NCBI GenBank assembly: GCA_963742735.1
Contig: CAVUMN010000004.1
Location: 928,001-992,000, forward strand
Direction: 5' to 3'
DNA length: 64,000 nt
Source: an uncultured Actinomycetes bacterium
Lineage (GTDB): Bacteria > Actinomycetota > UBA4738 > JBBDTT01
Part shown: piece after piece, positions 7,680-16,698 of the stretch
Numbering within the stretch: position 1 is the first letter of the stretch
Layout of the letters: each line of letters opens with the position of its first letter
Position numbers and translations under genes: made by a program
The notes under the pieces: model-generated
The model's database searches: none
What the model was told of the DNA's origin: nothing
What the model saw: the letters and a program-made list of their open reading frames with translations, nothing else

Positions 7680-9272
7680 CTACCGGGAGACCGAGACGAA
7701 CACGTCCTCGGCCGTGGCGGCGATGAACAGCTCGCGGATGAGCCCGCCGTGCAGCTGGATCGGCATGCCGACCCGGGCATCCTGCGCCGGATCCACGCGG
7801 ATCAGGACCCCGGAGGTGCTCGCGACCCACACGGCGTCGTCCGTCACGGCGATGTCCTCGGGAGCGTTGGGCAGTGGGATGGGCTCCTGCAGCTCGAGCG
7901 ACCTCGCATCGAGCCGAACGAGCGTGCTCGCCTGCTCGTCGCCCCCGGTCCCGAACTCGTCCGAGGTCACCCACGCGGAGCCGTGTCCCACCGCGATCGC
8001 CGTCGGCTCCGCGATCTCCGTCGAGTCCAGCTTCTTGCCCGTGCGCTCATCGATGACGACGACCAACCCGTCGGCGTCGGCCACGTAGACCCGGCCCGCA
8101 TCGGCGGCGATCGCCACCGGAGAGCTCGCGTACGACGTGACCTCCCGGGCGCGGCCATCGTCGAGGGACACGCGGATCAGCGGCCCCGCGGCGGTGGTCG
8201 CCCACACGAACCGCTCTCCGACGGTGAGCGCCGTGGGCTGCGAGGGAAGTTGCACCGGCTCGGACACCGTGCCGTCCGCCGCGTCGATCTCGTACAGCAG
8301 GAAACCGGAGGCGACCTGGCCCGGGTCCACCGGGGCCGGGCCCACCGCCCCGACGAACACCCGCCCACGGCCGGTGGCGACGAACAGAGGCTCGACCGGG
8401 CTGTTCGCGGGTCCGAGCCGGATGTGTTCGACGTAGGCGTCACGGGTGAGGCTCCACTTTCCGACGGCGCGACGCTCGGCGATCCACAGGAAGCCCCCCT
8501 CGACGGCCACGTCGTACGTGATCGCCTCGGTGTTGACGCCGGCCTCCCGATGCTCGGCGATGTCGACCCGGTACAGCGCCGACACGGGGTCGGCGGGCCC
8601 GGGCGAGGAGGTCGGGCGCGTCGGCTCGGATGGGTCCGGCCGCAGGAGGAGCAGGCCGGTGACGACCACCGCGGCCCCCGCCGCCGCGAGCCAGATCCGC
8701 CGCCGGCCGGGGCCCGGCTCCGCAACGATCACGGGAGCGGAGTCCTTCTGGGCGAGCTCGCCGTCGCGGATGACCGTGAAGACCTGGCGGGAGCCCTCGA
8801 TGCCCTTCAGGGCATGCGCGCCTCGATCCTCGAACCGGATCCCGGAGCCCTCGGTCAGGTCGCGGGCGGTGGCGGAGACCAGGACCTCGTTCGGGTGAGC
8901 CAGCCCGGCGATCCTCGATCCGATGTGCACGCCGAGTCCGCCCGGCTTGTCGCCGACCAGGACGGCCTCGCCGACGTGGATGCCGGCGCGGACGTCGATG
9001 CCGAGGGGCCGGATCGAGTCGATGATCGCGCAGGCGCACCGGATCGCCGAGTCGGGGCTCTCGAACGCCGCGAAGAACCCGTCGCCGGCGTTGTCGATCT
9101 CCCGGCCGCCGTGCCGCTTCAGCTCACGGCGGACCGTGGCGTGATGGTTGCGAAGGATCTGCCTCCACCGCTCGTCCCCGAGCTCTCGGGCACGAACGGT
9201 CGAGTCGACGATGTCGGTGAACAGGACGGTGGTGGGAAGACGCCTCCCCCCGCCAGAGCTTCTCGACGCCAT
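7680..9272 (-). CDS. Class III nucleotide cyclase + TM + extracellular beta-propeller (YVTN/Vgb-like)
   Basis: VLFTDIVDST, AGDGFFAAF, RAGIHVG, EVLVS, LKGI; repeated P..IAV....WV blades after the TM. Confidence 0.9.
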   Translation of the reverse strand: MASRSSGGGRRLPTTVLFTDIVDSTVRARELGDERWRQILRNHHATVRRELKRHGGREIDNAGDGFFAAFESPDSAIRCACAIIDSIRPLGIDVRAGIHVGEAVLVGDKPGGLGVHIGSRIAGLAHPNEVLVSATARDLTEGSGIRFEDRGAHALKGIEGSRQVFTVIRDGELAQKDSAPVIVAEPGPGRRRIWLAAAGAAVVVTGLLLLRPDPSEPTRPTSSPGPADPVSALYRVDIAEHREAGVNTEAITYDVAVEGGFLWIAERRAVGKWSLTRDAYVEHIRLGPANSPVEPLFVATGRGRVFVGAVGPAPVDPGQVASGFLLYEIDAADGTVSEPVQLPSQPTALTVGERFVWATTAAGPLIRVSLDDGRAREVTSYASSPVAIAADAGRVYVADADGLVVVIDERTGKKLDSTEIAEPTAIAVGHGSAWVTSDEFGTGGDEQASTLVRLDARSLELQEPIPLPNAPEDIAVTDDAVWVASTSGVLIRVDPAQDARVGMPIQLHGGLIRELFIAATAEDVFVSVSR

Positions 9273-9317
9273 GCCGGGAGCGTGGCGACGCCCGGGGGTG
9301 CCGTCAAGCGTGCCGCG

Positions 9318-9593
9318 CTAGCGGCCGCCGCGGGCGGAGGGGTGCTCGACTTGGACGGCCAGGCGCTCGATGCGCTCGGCGGCCTCGTCGAAGAGCCCGA
9401 GGGACAGCGCGCCGGTGATGGCCAGCAGGTCGGTCTCGTGGCGGGGGGCCAGGCGCGCGCCTCGCTGCACCCGGGTCTCGAGCGTGGTCATCGCCAGCTC
9501 GACCCGGTCGAACCCGTCGGTCTCCTCGCCGCGCTCACGGGCGTGCTCACGAGCGTCCCGCCAGGCGGTGAGGTCGACGACCGTTGCCTCCAT
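9318..9593 (-). CDS. Small hypothetical helical protein
   Basis: MEATVVDLTAWR... reading frame with typical codon bias. Confidence 0.6.
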   Translation of the reverse strand: MEATVVDLTAWRDAREHARERGEETDGFDRVELAMTTLETRVQRGARLAPRHETDLLAITGALSLGLFDEAAERIERLAVQVEHPSARGGR

Positions 9594-9662
9594 GCTCACC
9601 GATGGTAACGGGGGGGTCTGACACGCCAAAGCACATCGATGGAAATCGGGTGAAACCGCAGG

Positions 9663-10217
9663 TCAGGAGGCTGGATCGGGGGCCGGAACCGCTCGGCGGA
9701 CCGAAAGGGCCAGCCAGAGCCCGAGGCCGATCACGGCGGCGCCTCCGACCGCGAGCACGACCAGGAACGTGCCCCCCAGCCCGGGGGCGTCCCCGGAGGC
9801 GAACTCGGACAGCGAGCCGAGCGCGGTGATCCGGTCCCAGGCCAGGAGCTCCAGGAGCGTGGCCCCCACGGCGACGGCGCCCACGGCCCACCATGCGGAT
9901 CCCATCCGGATCCGCTCGAGCTCGGGCGCCAGCAGGTAGCCGGCCAGGAACGCGACCGCGTACATCGCGAAGGCCAGGACGACGATCCCGACCGGCAGGC
10001 CGGCCGGGTCGACCCAGTACATCCACATCCACTCGGCCGAAAGGGCGTAGAGCGAGAGCGAGACGGCCGTCAGCAGGACCTGGACCGCGGCACCGGCCAG
10101 GAAGCCGGCGGAGGACAGACGAGAGCGGCCGGGCCGGAGCGTGGTGATGCCCAGGCGACCGAACAGCAGCCCGGTGCCCAGGGACAGAAGCCAGTCCAGG
10201 AAGATTGTCTCGACCAC
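9663..10217 (-). CDS. Hypothetical integral membrane protein (about 5 TMs)
   Basis: Multiple hydrophobic helices, WMWMYWVDP motif; start position approximate. Confidence 0.65.
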   Translation of the reverse strand: MVETIFLDWLLSLGTGLLFGRLGITTLRPGRSRLSSAGFLAGAAVQVLLTAVSLSLYALSAEWMWMYWVDPAGLPVGIVVLAFAMYAVAFLAGYLLAPELERIRMGSAWWAVGAVAVGATLLELLAWDRITALGSLSEFASGDAPGLGGTFLVVLAVGGAAVIGLGLWLALSVRRAVPAPDPAS

Positions 10218-10281
10218 CCCCTCGCGCGGGCATTGTACGGGCGGGGGGTCACCTGGGGGTGTCACTAGAATGGGCAACCTC

Positions 10282-10947
10282 GTGACCGACTCGTCCGCTC
10301 CCAGTCCCGTTGCAGAGATCCTCGCCGCGCTCGCGTACGGCGAGCGGAAAGCGGCGGAGCGCGCGCGTTCGAACGTGGCCCTGGCGCCGGACGGGCGGAC
10401 GCGCTCGGCGCAGGGGGGCGTGGCGGACCGCGAGCAGCGGAACTTCGAGCTGATCGAGGCTCGCCTGCGCGAGCTGGCCGACCCCGAGCTCGAGGAGCGG
10501 TTCCGGCCGTTCTTCGACCAGTTCTTCGAGCGGACCGAGCCGGCCGACTGGGCCGAGGCCATGACGTGGCACTACGTGGGCGACGCGTGGGTCTCGGACT
10601 TCGCCGACGTCCTCACGCCACTGCTCGATCCCGTGTCCGCCGAGGTGATCCGCCGCGTGCTCGGCGACCGGGAGGGCCAGGAGGGCTTCGCCCTCGACGA
10701 GCTCCAGCGGGTCATGGACGGCGACACGAGCTGCGGGAGGCGGATCGCGTCCTACGCGCGGCGGATCGTGGGGGAGGCCCTCACCCAGACGCGGAGGGCT
10801 CTCCAGGCGACGCGGGTGCTGTCCGGGCTGATGGGCGGGTTCGAGGAGATGGAGAAGCGGATGGTCCTGGACATCCTCGAGGGCCACCGCATCCGCCTCG
10901 ACCGCCTGGGTATCGAGCCGGTCGACGAGCCCGAGCCCGCGGAGTAA
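10282..10947 (+). CDS. Ferritin-like fold protein (actinobacterial MiaE-like family)
   Basis: LAALAYGE, P.DWAEA...YVGD....DF motifs; TAGAAT at 10266-10271 just upstream; an alternative in-frame ATG lies at 10270. Confidence 0.8.
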   Translation: MTDSSAPSPVAEILAALAYGERKAAERARSNVALAPDGRTRSAQGGVADREQRNFELIEARLRELADPELEERFRPFFDQFFERTEPADWAEAMTWHYVGDAWVSDFADVLTPLLDPVSAEVIRRVLGDREGQEGFALDELQRVMDGDTSCGRRIASYARRIVGEALTQTRRALQATRVLSGLMGGFEEMEKRMVLDILEGHRIRLDRLGIEPVDEPEPAE

Positions 10948-10959
10948 CCCCCGGGTCGC

Positions 10960-11373
10960 ATGGCCGATCCGGTTCGAGCCCATCGGCGGATTCACGAGTT
11001 CGCGATGAGCCTTCCCGGTGCGTGGGAGGACCACCCGTGGGACGAGACCGTGGTCAAGGCCGGCAAGAAGGTGTTCGTGTTTCTCGGCAGCGAGGCGGGG
11101 GGCGACTGGTGGCCCGGGTTCACCGTCAAGCTCGTCGACTCGCTCGAGCAGGCGCTGGCGATCCCGGGGGCGGAACCGTCGGGCTACGGCCTCGGCAAGA
11201 GCGGGTGGGTGAGCATCCGGCTGCGGTCCAAGGGGCTCCCGCCGGTCGGAATCCTTACCGACATGGTCGAGGAGAGCTACCGGCTGGTGGCGCCGAAGAC
11301 GCTCGTGAAGGAGCTGGACGCCGCGGTTGTGGGACGTTCAGCGAGCTACCACCAGACATTCCGGGATCAGTAG
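10960..11373 (+). CDS. MmcQ/YjbR family protein
   Basis: SLPGAWEDHPW..V.K..KKVF; YGLGKSGWV; EESYRLVAPK. Confidence 0.9.
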   Translation: MADPVRAHRRIHEFAMSLPGAWEDHPWDETVVKAGKKVFVFLGSEAGGDWWPGFTVKLVDSLEQALAIPGAEPSGYGLGKSGWVSIRLRSKGLPPVGILTDMVEESYRLVAPKTLVKELDAAVVGRSASYHQTFRDQ

Positions 11374-11624
11374 ATGTTCTGGCGCGTGGCGATGTCGGTC
11401 ACGAAAACCTCGCGGGCCTTGTCGTCCACCGTGTAGACGATCCGATACATGCCGACCCGGCTGCGGTAAACGTCTGCTGACCCTCGCAACTTCTTCGTGC
11501 CCCTCGGCCGCGGATCGACGGCCAGCTCTTGAAGGCGGTCCCTGATGGCCCTGGCGCGGTCGGCGGGGAGCGACTCGAGTGCCGCCGCCGCCTTCCGATG
11601 TAGTCCGACGTAGAACGGGCCCAT
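11367..11624 (-). CDS. relE: RelE/ParE-family type II toxin
   Basis: 85 aa; L..DPRPRGTKKLRG...YRSRVGMYRIVYTVDD...V.V..IATR..IY. Confidence 0.9.
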   Translation of the reverse strand: MGPFYVGLHRKAAAALESLPADRARAIRDRLQELAVDPRPRGTKKLRGSADVYRSRVGMYRIVYTVDDKAREVFVTDIATRQNIY

Positions 11625-11632
11625 TGAATTAC

Positions 11633-11661
11633 AGTATACAGTACGGTTGAACGTACGCCAA
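11633..11661 (-). promoter_or_regulatory. Promoter of the toxin gene (leaderless or near-leaderless)
   Basis: Minus-strand TTGGCG-N17-TATACT, 8 nt upstream of the ATG. Confidence 0.65.
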
Positions 11662-11678
11662 CCCATACGAAATAACGA

Positions 11679-11707
11679 TTGACCTTCCGTACAGAGTCAC
11701 CTATGCT
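11679..11707 (+). promoter_or_regulatory. Promoter of the antitoxin gene
   Basis: TTGACC-N17-TATGCT. Confidence 0.7.
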
Positions 11708-11774
11708 CTCAGGGAGAGCTATTCCCCGCGGGGGGCAAAGAGGCACCCGCACGGCGAGGGGGGGGTCCAGCCAG

Positions 11775-12044
11775 ATGGCTCGAGGCGAAGCACTTGTGGG
11801 AGTGACCGAGGCGAGGGAGAGGCTCCGCGAACTCCTTGACGATATCGAGGATCGCAACGTGGTGATCCTTCGACACAACCGCCCGGTGGGCGTTCTTATC
11901 CATCCCGATCGTCTGGAGCGACTCATCAGTCGGCTCGAGGATGCCGAGGACGCTCTGACGGCCCAGGAGCGGGCCGGTGACCGCCATGAATCCGTGTCCC
12001 TGAACGACCTCCTTGACGACGGGCCGATCGCGACGACTGGCTAG
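11775..12044 (+). CDS. Phd/YefM-family antitoxin
   Basis: 89 aa; VGVTEARERLRELLD...VVILRHNRPVGVLI, acidic C-terminus EDAED...VSLNDLL. Confidence 0.88.
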   Translation: MARGEALVGVTEARERLRELLDDIEDRNVVILRHNRPVGVLIHPDRLERLISRLEDAEDALTAQERAGDRHESVSLNDLLDDGPIATTG

Positions 12045-12262
12045 GTCCCCCGAAACTGACCCACCACTGACGCGTCCGGCTGAACGACCCCGGCCGGGGC
12101 CGACGGATTTCCCCCAACCGGGTCGTTGACTCGCCCCGGCCGGGCGATGTGCCGTGCCGTTGGGTCGGGCTATCGTCGCTTCGCTCGCGGAACGCATCGC
12201 CCGACCCCACTCCGAGAGCCTCCTTCCCCGCACACGCTTCGTCCTTGAGCGTTGGAGGCACG

Positions 12263-13357
12263 GTGAGTCGAACCGTCACGACGGTGGCCCTCGGCTTCGA
12301 GAAGCTGAGCCTGTCCGAGGAGGTCCTGCACGTCCTGGAGCGCGACCCCGCGTTCCGGGTGGTCGGGACCGCTCCCGACGAGGCGACGCTCTCCCGGCTG
12401 GTGCGCGACGCGCACCCGGCCGCGGTCGTCGGCTCGCCCGGGGTACTGGCCCGCGCCTACGGCGACGGAGCCGTGCGGCTCGCGGTGGCCGAGCAGGAGT
12501 CGGTGGCGACGCTTCGGGAGGCCATCCGCGCGGGCGTCGCCGGCTTCTACCTCTGGCCCGAGGAGCGCCCGCGATTGATCGACGACGCCGCGCGGCTGGT
12601 CCGCCGACGCGACGAGGCCGCGGGGCCGAAGGGTCGCGTGGTGGCCGTCTACGGGCCGCGCGGCGGCGCCGGTGCCACGTTCGTCGCGACGCACCTGGCC
12701 GCCGCCGCCGCCCGCCTCGAACGCTCCACCTGCCTGGTCGAGTGCGACCCGTTCTTCGCCGATCTCTCCGGCGGCGCTCGGGGTCGACGCCGAGGACGGT
12801 GTGCGCACGATCGAGGACCTGGTCCCCGTCCTGGAGGAGCTCTCCGCCGAGCACGTCCGCGAGGTCCTGTTCGAGCACCCGGCCGGCTTCTCCGCCCTGC
12901 TCGGGCCGCACGATCCGGCGGCGGCCGAGGCCCTGCGTCCGGCGCACCTCGCGGCGGCGGTGGGAGTCCTCGCCGGAGCGCACGAGCTGGTGCTGCTGCA
13001 CCCCGCGCCGGGCCGTCGACGACCTTACCCGGGCCGCCCTGGGGATGGCCGACGAGATCCTGCTGGTCGTGTCCCTCGACGTCCTCGCGATGCGCGACGC
13101 CCGCCGGACCCTCTCCTTCCTCGAGGGCCTGGGGCTCGGCGGACCGCAGCCGGGTGTTGGTGAACCGAGCCGCGCGCGCCGAGATCGTGCCGGAGGACGC
13201 CGAGCGCGTCCTCGGGCTTCCCGTCGCGGCCGTCGTGCGTCTCGATCGCACCGTCCCGGCCGCCCAGAACCGGGGCGAGCTGGTGCTCGGCCGGTCGCCG
13301 CGAACCTCGCGGGCACTGATGCGGTTGGCTCGGTCGCTCGCGGAGGTGGCCGCGTGA
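12263..13357 (+). CDS. cpaE: Tad pilus assembly protein CpaE/TadZ (receiver-like + MinD/ParA-like ATPase); three apparent +1 frameshifts near 12770, 13000 and 13140
   Basis: SD GGAGG then GTG; GRVVAVYGPRGGAGAT; later motifs ADEILLVV and VLVNR lie in shifted frames. Confidence 0.8.
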   Translation: MSRTVTTVALGFEKLSLSEEVLHVLERDPAFRVVGTAPDEATLSRLVRDAHPAAVVGSPGVLARAYGDGAVRLAVAEQESVATLREAIRAGVAGFYLWPEERPRLIDDAARLVRRRDEAAGPKGRVVAVYGPRGGAGATFVATHLAAAAARLERSTCLVECDPFFADLSGGARGRRRGRCAHDRGPGPRPGGALRRARPRGPVRAPGRLLRPARAARSGGGRGPASGAPRGGGGSPRRSARAGAAAPRAGPSTTLPGPPWGWPTRSCWSCPSTSSRCATPAGPSPSSRAWGSADRSRVLVNRAARAEIVPEDAERVLGLPVAAVVRLDRTVPAAQNRGELVLGRSPRTSRALMRLARSLAEVAA

Positions 13358-14625
13358 CCGCGACCGCGACCGCGCCGGCGCTGAAGCGGGCCGTTCGTCT
13401 GGGCCTTCGAGACCAGGTGGACGTGCACGACCTCGAGCGGCTGAGCCCGCCCGAGCGCCGCCTGCACGTCCGCGAACACGTCCTTCGCCTGCTGCGTGAG
13501 CAGCGGGCGATCCTCCCCGCCGGCGAGCTCACCGAGCTCGTCAATCAGATCAGCGATGACGTCGTCGGCCTCGGACCGATCGAACGCCTCCTCAAGGACC
13601 CGGAGGTGAGCGAGGTGATGGTCAACGGGGCCGACGACTGCTACGTGGAGCGAAAGGGGCGGCTCGAGAGAGTGGACGGCCTGTTTGAAGAGGGGGAGGA
13701 GCAGGTCTTTCACGTGATCGAGCGCGTGGTTTCACCGCTGGGCCTTCGCATCGACGAGTCGTGCCCGTATGTGGACGCCCGATTGCCGGATGGCTCGCGG
13801 TTCCACGCGATCATCCCGCCCCTTTCGCTCTGCGGCCCTTCGATGACGATCCGCAAGTTCGGGTCGAATCCGCTGCGGCCGGACGACTTGGTCCGGCTCG
13901 GCACGCTCACGCCGCCGATGCTCGAGTTCCTCGCCGCGTGCGTGCGCGGCCGGGCGAACGTGGTCGTCTCCGGCGGCGCGTCCAGCGGGAAGACGACTCT
14001 GCTCAACGTGCTGTCCTCGTTCATCGATCCGGGGGAGCGGTTGATCACGATCGAGGACGCGGCCGAGCTCCGCCTGTCCCAGCCGCATGTGATCGGGCTC
14101 GAGGCCCGCCCCGCCAACGTGGAGGGGCGCGGCGAGGTGACCGTGCGCGACCTGGTGCGCAACGCGCTGCGGATGCGTCCGGACCGGATCGTGGTCGGCG
14201 AGGTTCGCGGAGGCGAGGCCCTCGACATGCTCCAGGCCATGAACACGGGCCACGACGGCTCGCTGTCCACCGCGCACGCGAATTCGCCGCGGGACCTGCT
14301 GGCCCGCCTGGAGACCATGGCGCTGATGTCCGACGTGGACCTGCCCGTGGCTCACGTGCGGGAGCAGGTCGTGGCCGCGATCGACCTGGTGGTGCACCTC
14401 GCGCGACTCCCCGACGGGCGGCGGGCCGTGTTCGAGATCGCCTCCGTGGAGCGGGGCAGCGGCGGCCGATCCGGCCTTCGCTCGCTGTTCCGATACGAGC
14501 GGAGCCGGAACCGCTTCGCCCCGACCGGAGCGGTGCCGGCCCTCGTGTCGGCGCTCCGCGAGCGGGGAGAGCGCATCGACCCCGCCTGGTTCAGGCCCGA
14601 GGCGGGGCCGGCGTGGAGACGCTGA
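13354..14625 (+). CDS. cpaF: Tad secretion ATPase CpaF/TadA
   Basis: GLGPIERLL.DPEVSEVMVNG, Walker A GGASSGKTT, TIEDAAEL, LRMRPDRIVVGEVRG, AMNTGHDGSLSTAHAN. Confidence 0.96.
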   Translation: MTATATAPALKRAVRLGLRDQVDVHDLERLSPPERRLHVREHVLRLLREQRAILPAGELTELVNQISDDVVGLGPIERLLKDPEVSEVMVNGADDCYVERKGRLERVDGLFEEGEEQVFHVIERVVSPLGLRIDESCPYVDARLPDGSRFHAIIPPLSLCGPSMTIRKFGSNPLRPDDLVRLGTLTPPMLEFLAACVRGRANVVVSGGASSGKTTLLNVLSSFIDPGERLITIEDAAELRLSQPHVIGLEARPANVEGRGEVTVRDLVRNALRMRPDRIVVGEVRGGEALDMLQAMNTGHDGSLSTAHANSPRDLLARLETMALMSDVDLPVAHVREQVVAAIDLVVHLARLPDGRRAVFEIASVERGSGGRSGLRSLFRYERSRNRFAPTGAVPALVSALRERGERIDPAWFRPEAGPAWRR

Positions 14626-15341
14626 GCCTGCCGCTCGCCGCGGGCCTGCTGGGAGCGGCCGGCGTGCTGTTCCGGTTCGCGGCGCGGCGGCGAACGCTGG
14701 AGAGGCTCCTCGGCGCTGCCGACCCTATTCCCGAACGAGAACCGTCTCGCCCGCGGCGGTGGCTCGAGGATCTGCGCCGGCGCCGGGCGAGTCCCGCGCC
14801 CCACGAGGAGGCGTTCCACCTGGCCGGGCTGGCCTCGACGCTGGCGGCGTCGCTTCGCGGTGGCCGCACCCTGGTTCAGGCCCTGGAGGCCGCGGCCGCG
14901 GACGACGGCACGCCCGGCTGGGTGCGGGCCGCGGTCGGCCGCGTGCTCTCCGCGCGCTCGGTCGGCGAGTCCCTGGACGCGGCGCTCGGTGGGCTGGCAG
15001 CCGACGTTCCGGGGCCGGCCGAGCTGCTGGTGACGGCGTTGCGTGTCGGGGCTCGGACCGGGGTGGGGCTTCCGGCGCTGCTGGACCAGGTCGCGGGGTC
15101 GCTTCGGGCTCGCGCGACCGCCTACCGCGATCTTCACGTTCAGACCACCCAGGCCCGCGTGTCCGGCACGGTGCTCTGCCTCCTTCCGCTGGGTTTCCTC
15201 GTGCTCGCCGCGCTCTCGTCGGCCCGGGACGTGCTGCCGGTGCTCGCCTCCCGAGCGGGCGCCGCGGCGCTGGTCACCGGGCTGGCGCTGCAGGCCGCCG
15301 GGGTGTGGTCGATCCGCCGGATCGTCCGGGTGGAGATCTGA
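14613..15341 (+). CDS. tadB: TadB (T2SS F family) inner-membrane platform protein
   Basis: LAASLRGGRTL..AL, TG..L..LL, QARVSG.VL..LP; position in the operon. Confidence 0.85.
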   Translation: METLSLPLAAGLLGAAGVLFRFAARRRTLERLLGAADPIPEREPSRPRRWLEDLRRRRASPAPHEEAFHLAGLASTLAASLRGGRTLVQALEAAAADDGTPGWVRAAVGRVLSARSVGESLDAALGGLAADVPGPAELLVTALRVGARTGVGLPALLDQVAGSLRARATAYRDLHVQTTQARVSGTVLCLLPLGFLVLAALSSARDVLPVLASRAGAAALVTGLALQAAGVWSIRRIVRVEI

Positions 15342-15346
15342 GCGCG

Positions 15347-16087
15347 ATGCACGCGCTGGCCGGCGGGTGGGCGGCCCTGGTCTCGCTTGGCCTGGTGCTG
15401 GCGGCGCGCCGCCGAGTGGATCCTCGGGTCCGCGGCCGGCTGGCGTCCCTACGAAGGCCCGGCGAGATGGAGATACGGTCGTCCGGCCGCTCGCGCCGAG
15501 CACTGTGGGGCGCGGTGGGCGGGCTGGTGGGCATCGCGCTGGGAGGCGGATCCCCCTGGGCGGTGCCGCTCGCACTGGTGATCGGCGCGGCCGCGTTCCG
15601 GCTTCCCGGGATGGCGGCGGCGCGGCGGGAGCGGGCCAGGCGGGAATCGATCGCGCGTAGCGTGCCCGACCTGCTGGACGTGCTCGCGATGTGCGTCTCG
15701 GCCGGCCTCGGTCCCGAGGCGTCGCTCCGGCTCGCCGCCGGTAGTCTCCGGGGCCCGCTCGCCCTGGAGGTCGACCGGATGCTCGATCTCGTCGGGGTCG
15801 GCGCCCGTTGGCGGGATGCCCTCGCCGAGCTTGCCGAACGGTGCGGCTCGGCGGAGCTCGGCCGGCTGGGCGAGGCCATCACGCAGAGCGAGACCGTCGG
15901 CTCGTCGCTCGGTGGGGCGCTCGGCGAGCTAGCGGCCGAGTCGCGTGCCGCGCGCCGTGCGGCCGGCGAGGCCCGCGCCCGGGCCGCGCCGGTGAAGCTC
16001 CTGTTTCCGCTGGCGCTGTTGATCCTTCCCGCGTTCCTCCTCCTCACGGTGGTTCCGGTCGTCCTGGCGACGCTCCGGAGCCTCTAG
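15347..16087 (+). CDS. tadC: TadC (T2SS F family) inner-membrane platform protein
   Basis: VPDLLDVLAMCVSAGL, APVKLLFPLALLILPA. Confidence 0.88.
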   Translation: MHALAGGWAALVSLGLVLAARRRVDPRVRGRLASLRRPGEMEIRSSGRSRRALWGAVGGLVGIALGGGSPWAVPLALVIGAAAFRLPGMAAARRERARRESIARSVPDLLDVLAMCVSAGLGPEASLRLAAGSLRGPLALEVDRMLDLVGVGARWRDALAELAERCGSAELGRLGEAITQSETVGSSLGGALGELAAESRAARRAAGEARARAAPVKLLFPLALLILPAFLLLTVVPVVLATLRSL

Positions 16088-16102
16088 CCGAAGGGAGGCT
16101 GC

Positions 16103-16306
16103 ATGCATCGACTGTGGGTGGGGTTCGTGTCCTGGCTCGTGGCGCGCCGCGACGAGCAGGGCGGACAGACCACCGCCGAGTACGCGCTGGTGATCCTCGC
16201 CGCCGCCGCGGTGGCCGTCGCCCTGATCGCGTGGGCGCGTTCGTCGGGGAAGCTCCCGGCGTTCTTCGACGGGATCATCGATCAGGTGACCGGCAGCGCC
16301 GAGTGA
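16103..16306 (+). CDS. flp: Flp-type (type IVc) major pilin
   Basis: 67 aa; G/QTTAEYALVI prepilin cleavage site and Flp motif. Confidence 0.88.
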   Translation: MHRLWVGFVSWLVARRDEQGGQTTAEYALVILAAAAVAVALIAWARSSGKLPAFFDGIIDQVTGSAE

Positions 16307-16698
16307 GGCGCGGCGCATTCGAGCACGGGTCGGCGACCGTCGAGTTCGCGCTGGTCCTGCCGCTCGTTCTGCTGGTCGCGCTCGCGCTGCTCCAGGCGGG
16401 CGTGCTGATGGCCGACCGGCTGCTGGTCGCCAACGCCGCGCGGGCGGGCGCCCGGGAGGCCGCGGTGTCCATGGACGACGCGACCGTGCGCGACGCCGTG
16501 GCGCGGGCGGGAGGCCTGGATCCGGCGCGGCTCGAGGTGGCGATCGAACGCACCGGCGGGGCCGGTACGTCCGTGAGCGTCACCGTCACCTACCGGGCGA
16601 GCGTCGCCGTCCCGCTCGTGGGGTGGCTGTTCCCGTCGAGCCTCGAGATCGCCGACCGAGTGGCGATGCGCCAGGAGGTCGATGGCTCCCCGTCCTGA
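16303..16698 (+). CDS. tadE: TadE-family pseudopilin
   Basis: GSATVEFALVLP...NAARAGAREAAV. Confidence 0.9.
   Translation: MRRGAFEHGSATVEFALVLPLVLLVALALLQAGVLMADRLLVANAARAGAREAAVSMDDATVRDAVARAGGLDPARLEVAIERTGGAGTSVSVTVTYRASVAVPLVGWLFPSSLEIADRVAMRQEVDGSPS

Noticed and set aside
12263-13357. Three +1 shifts in cpaE as phase variation
   Set aside because: There are no long homopolymer or SSR tracts, and the pattern matches the errors elsewhere. Only raw reads could support phase variation.
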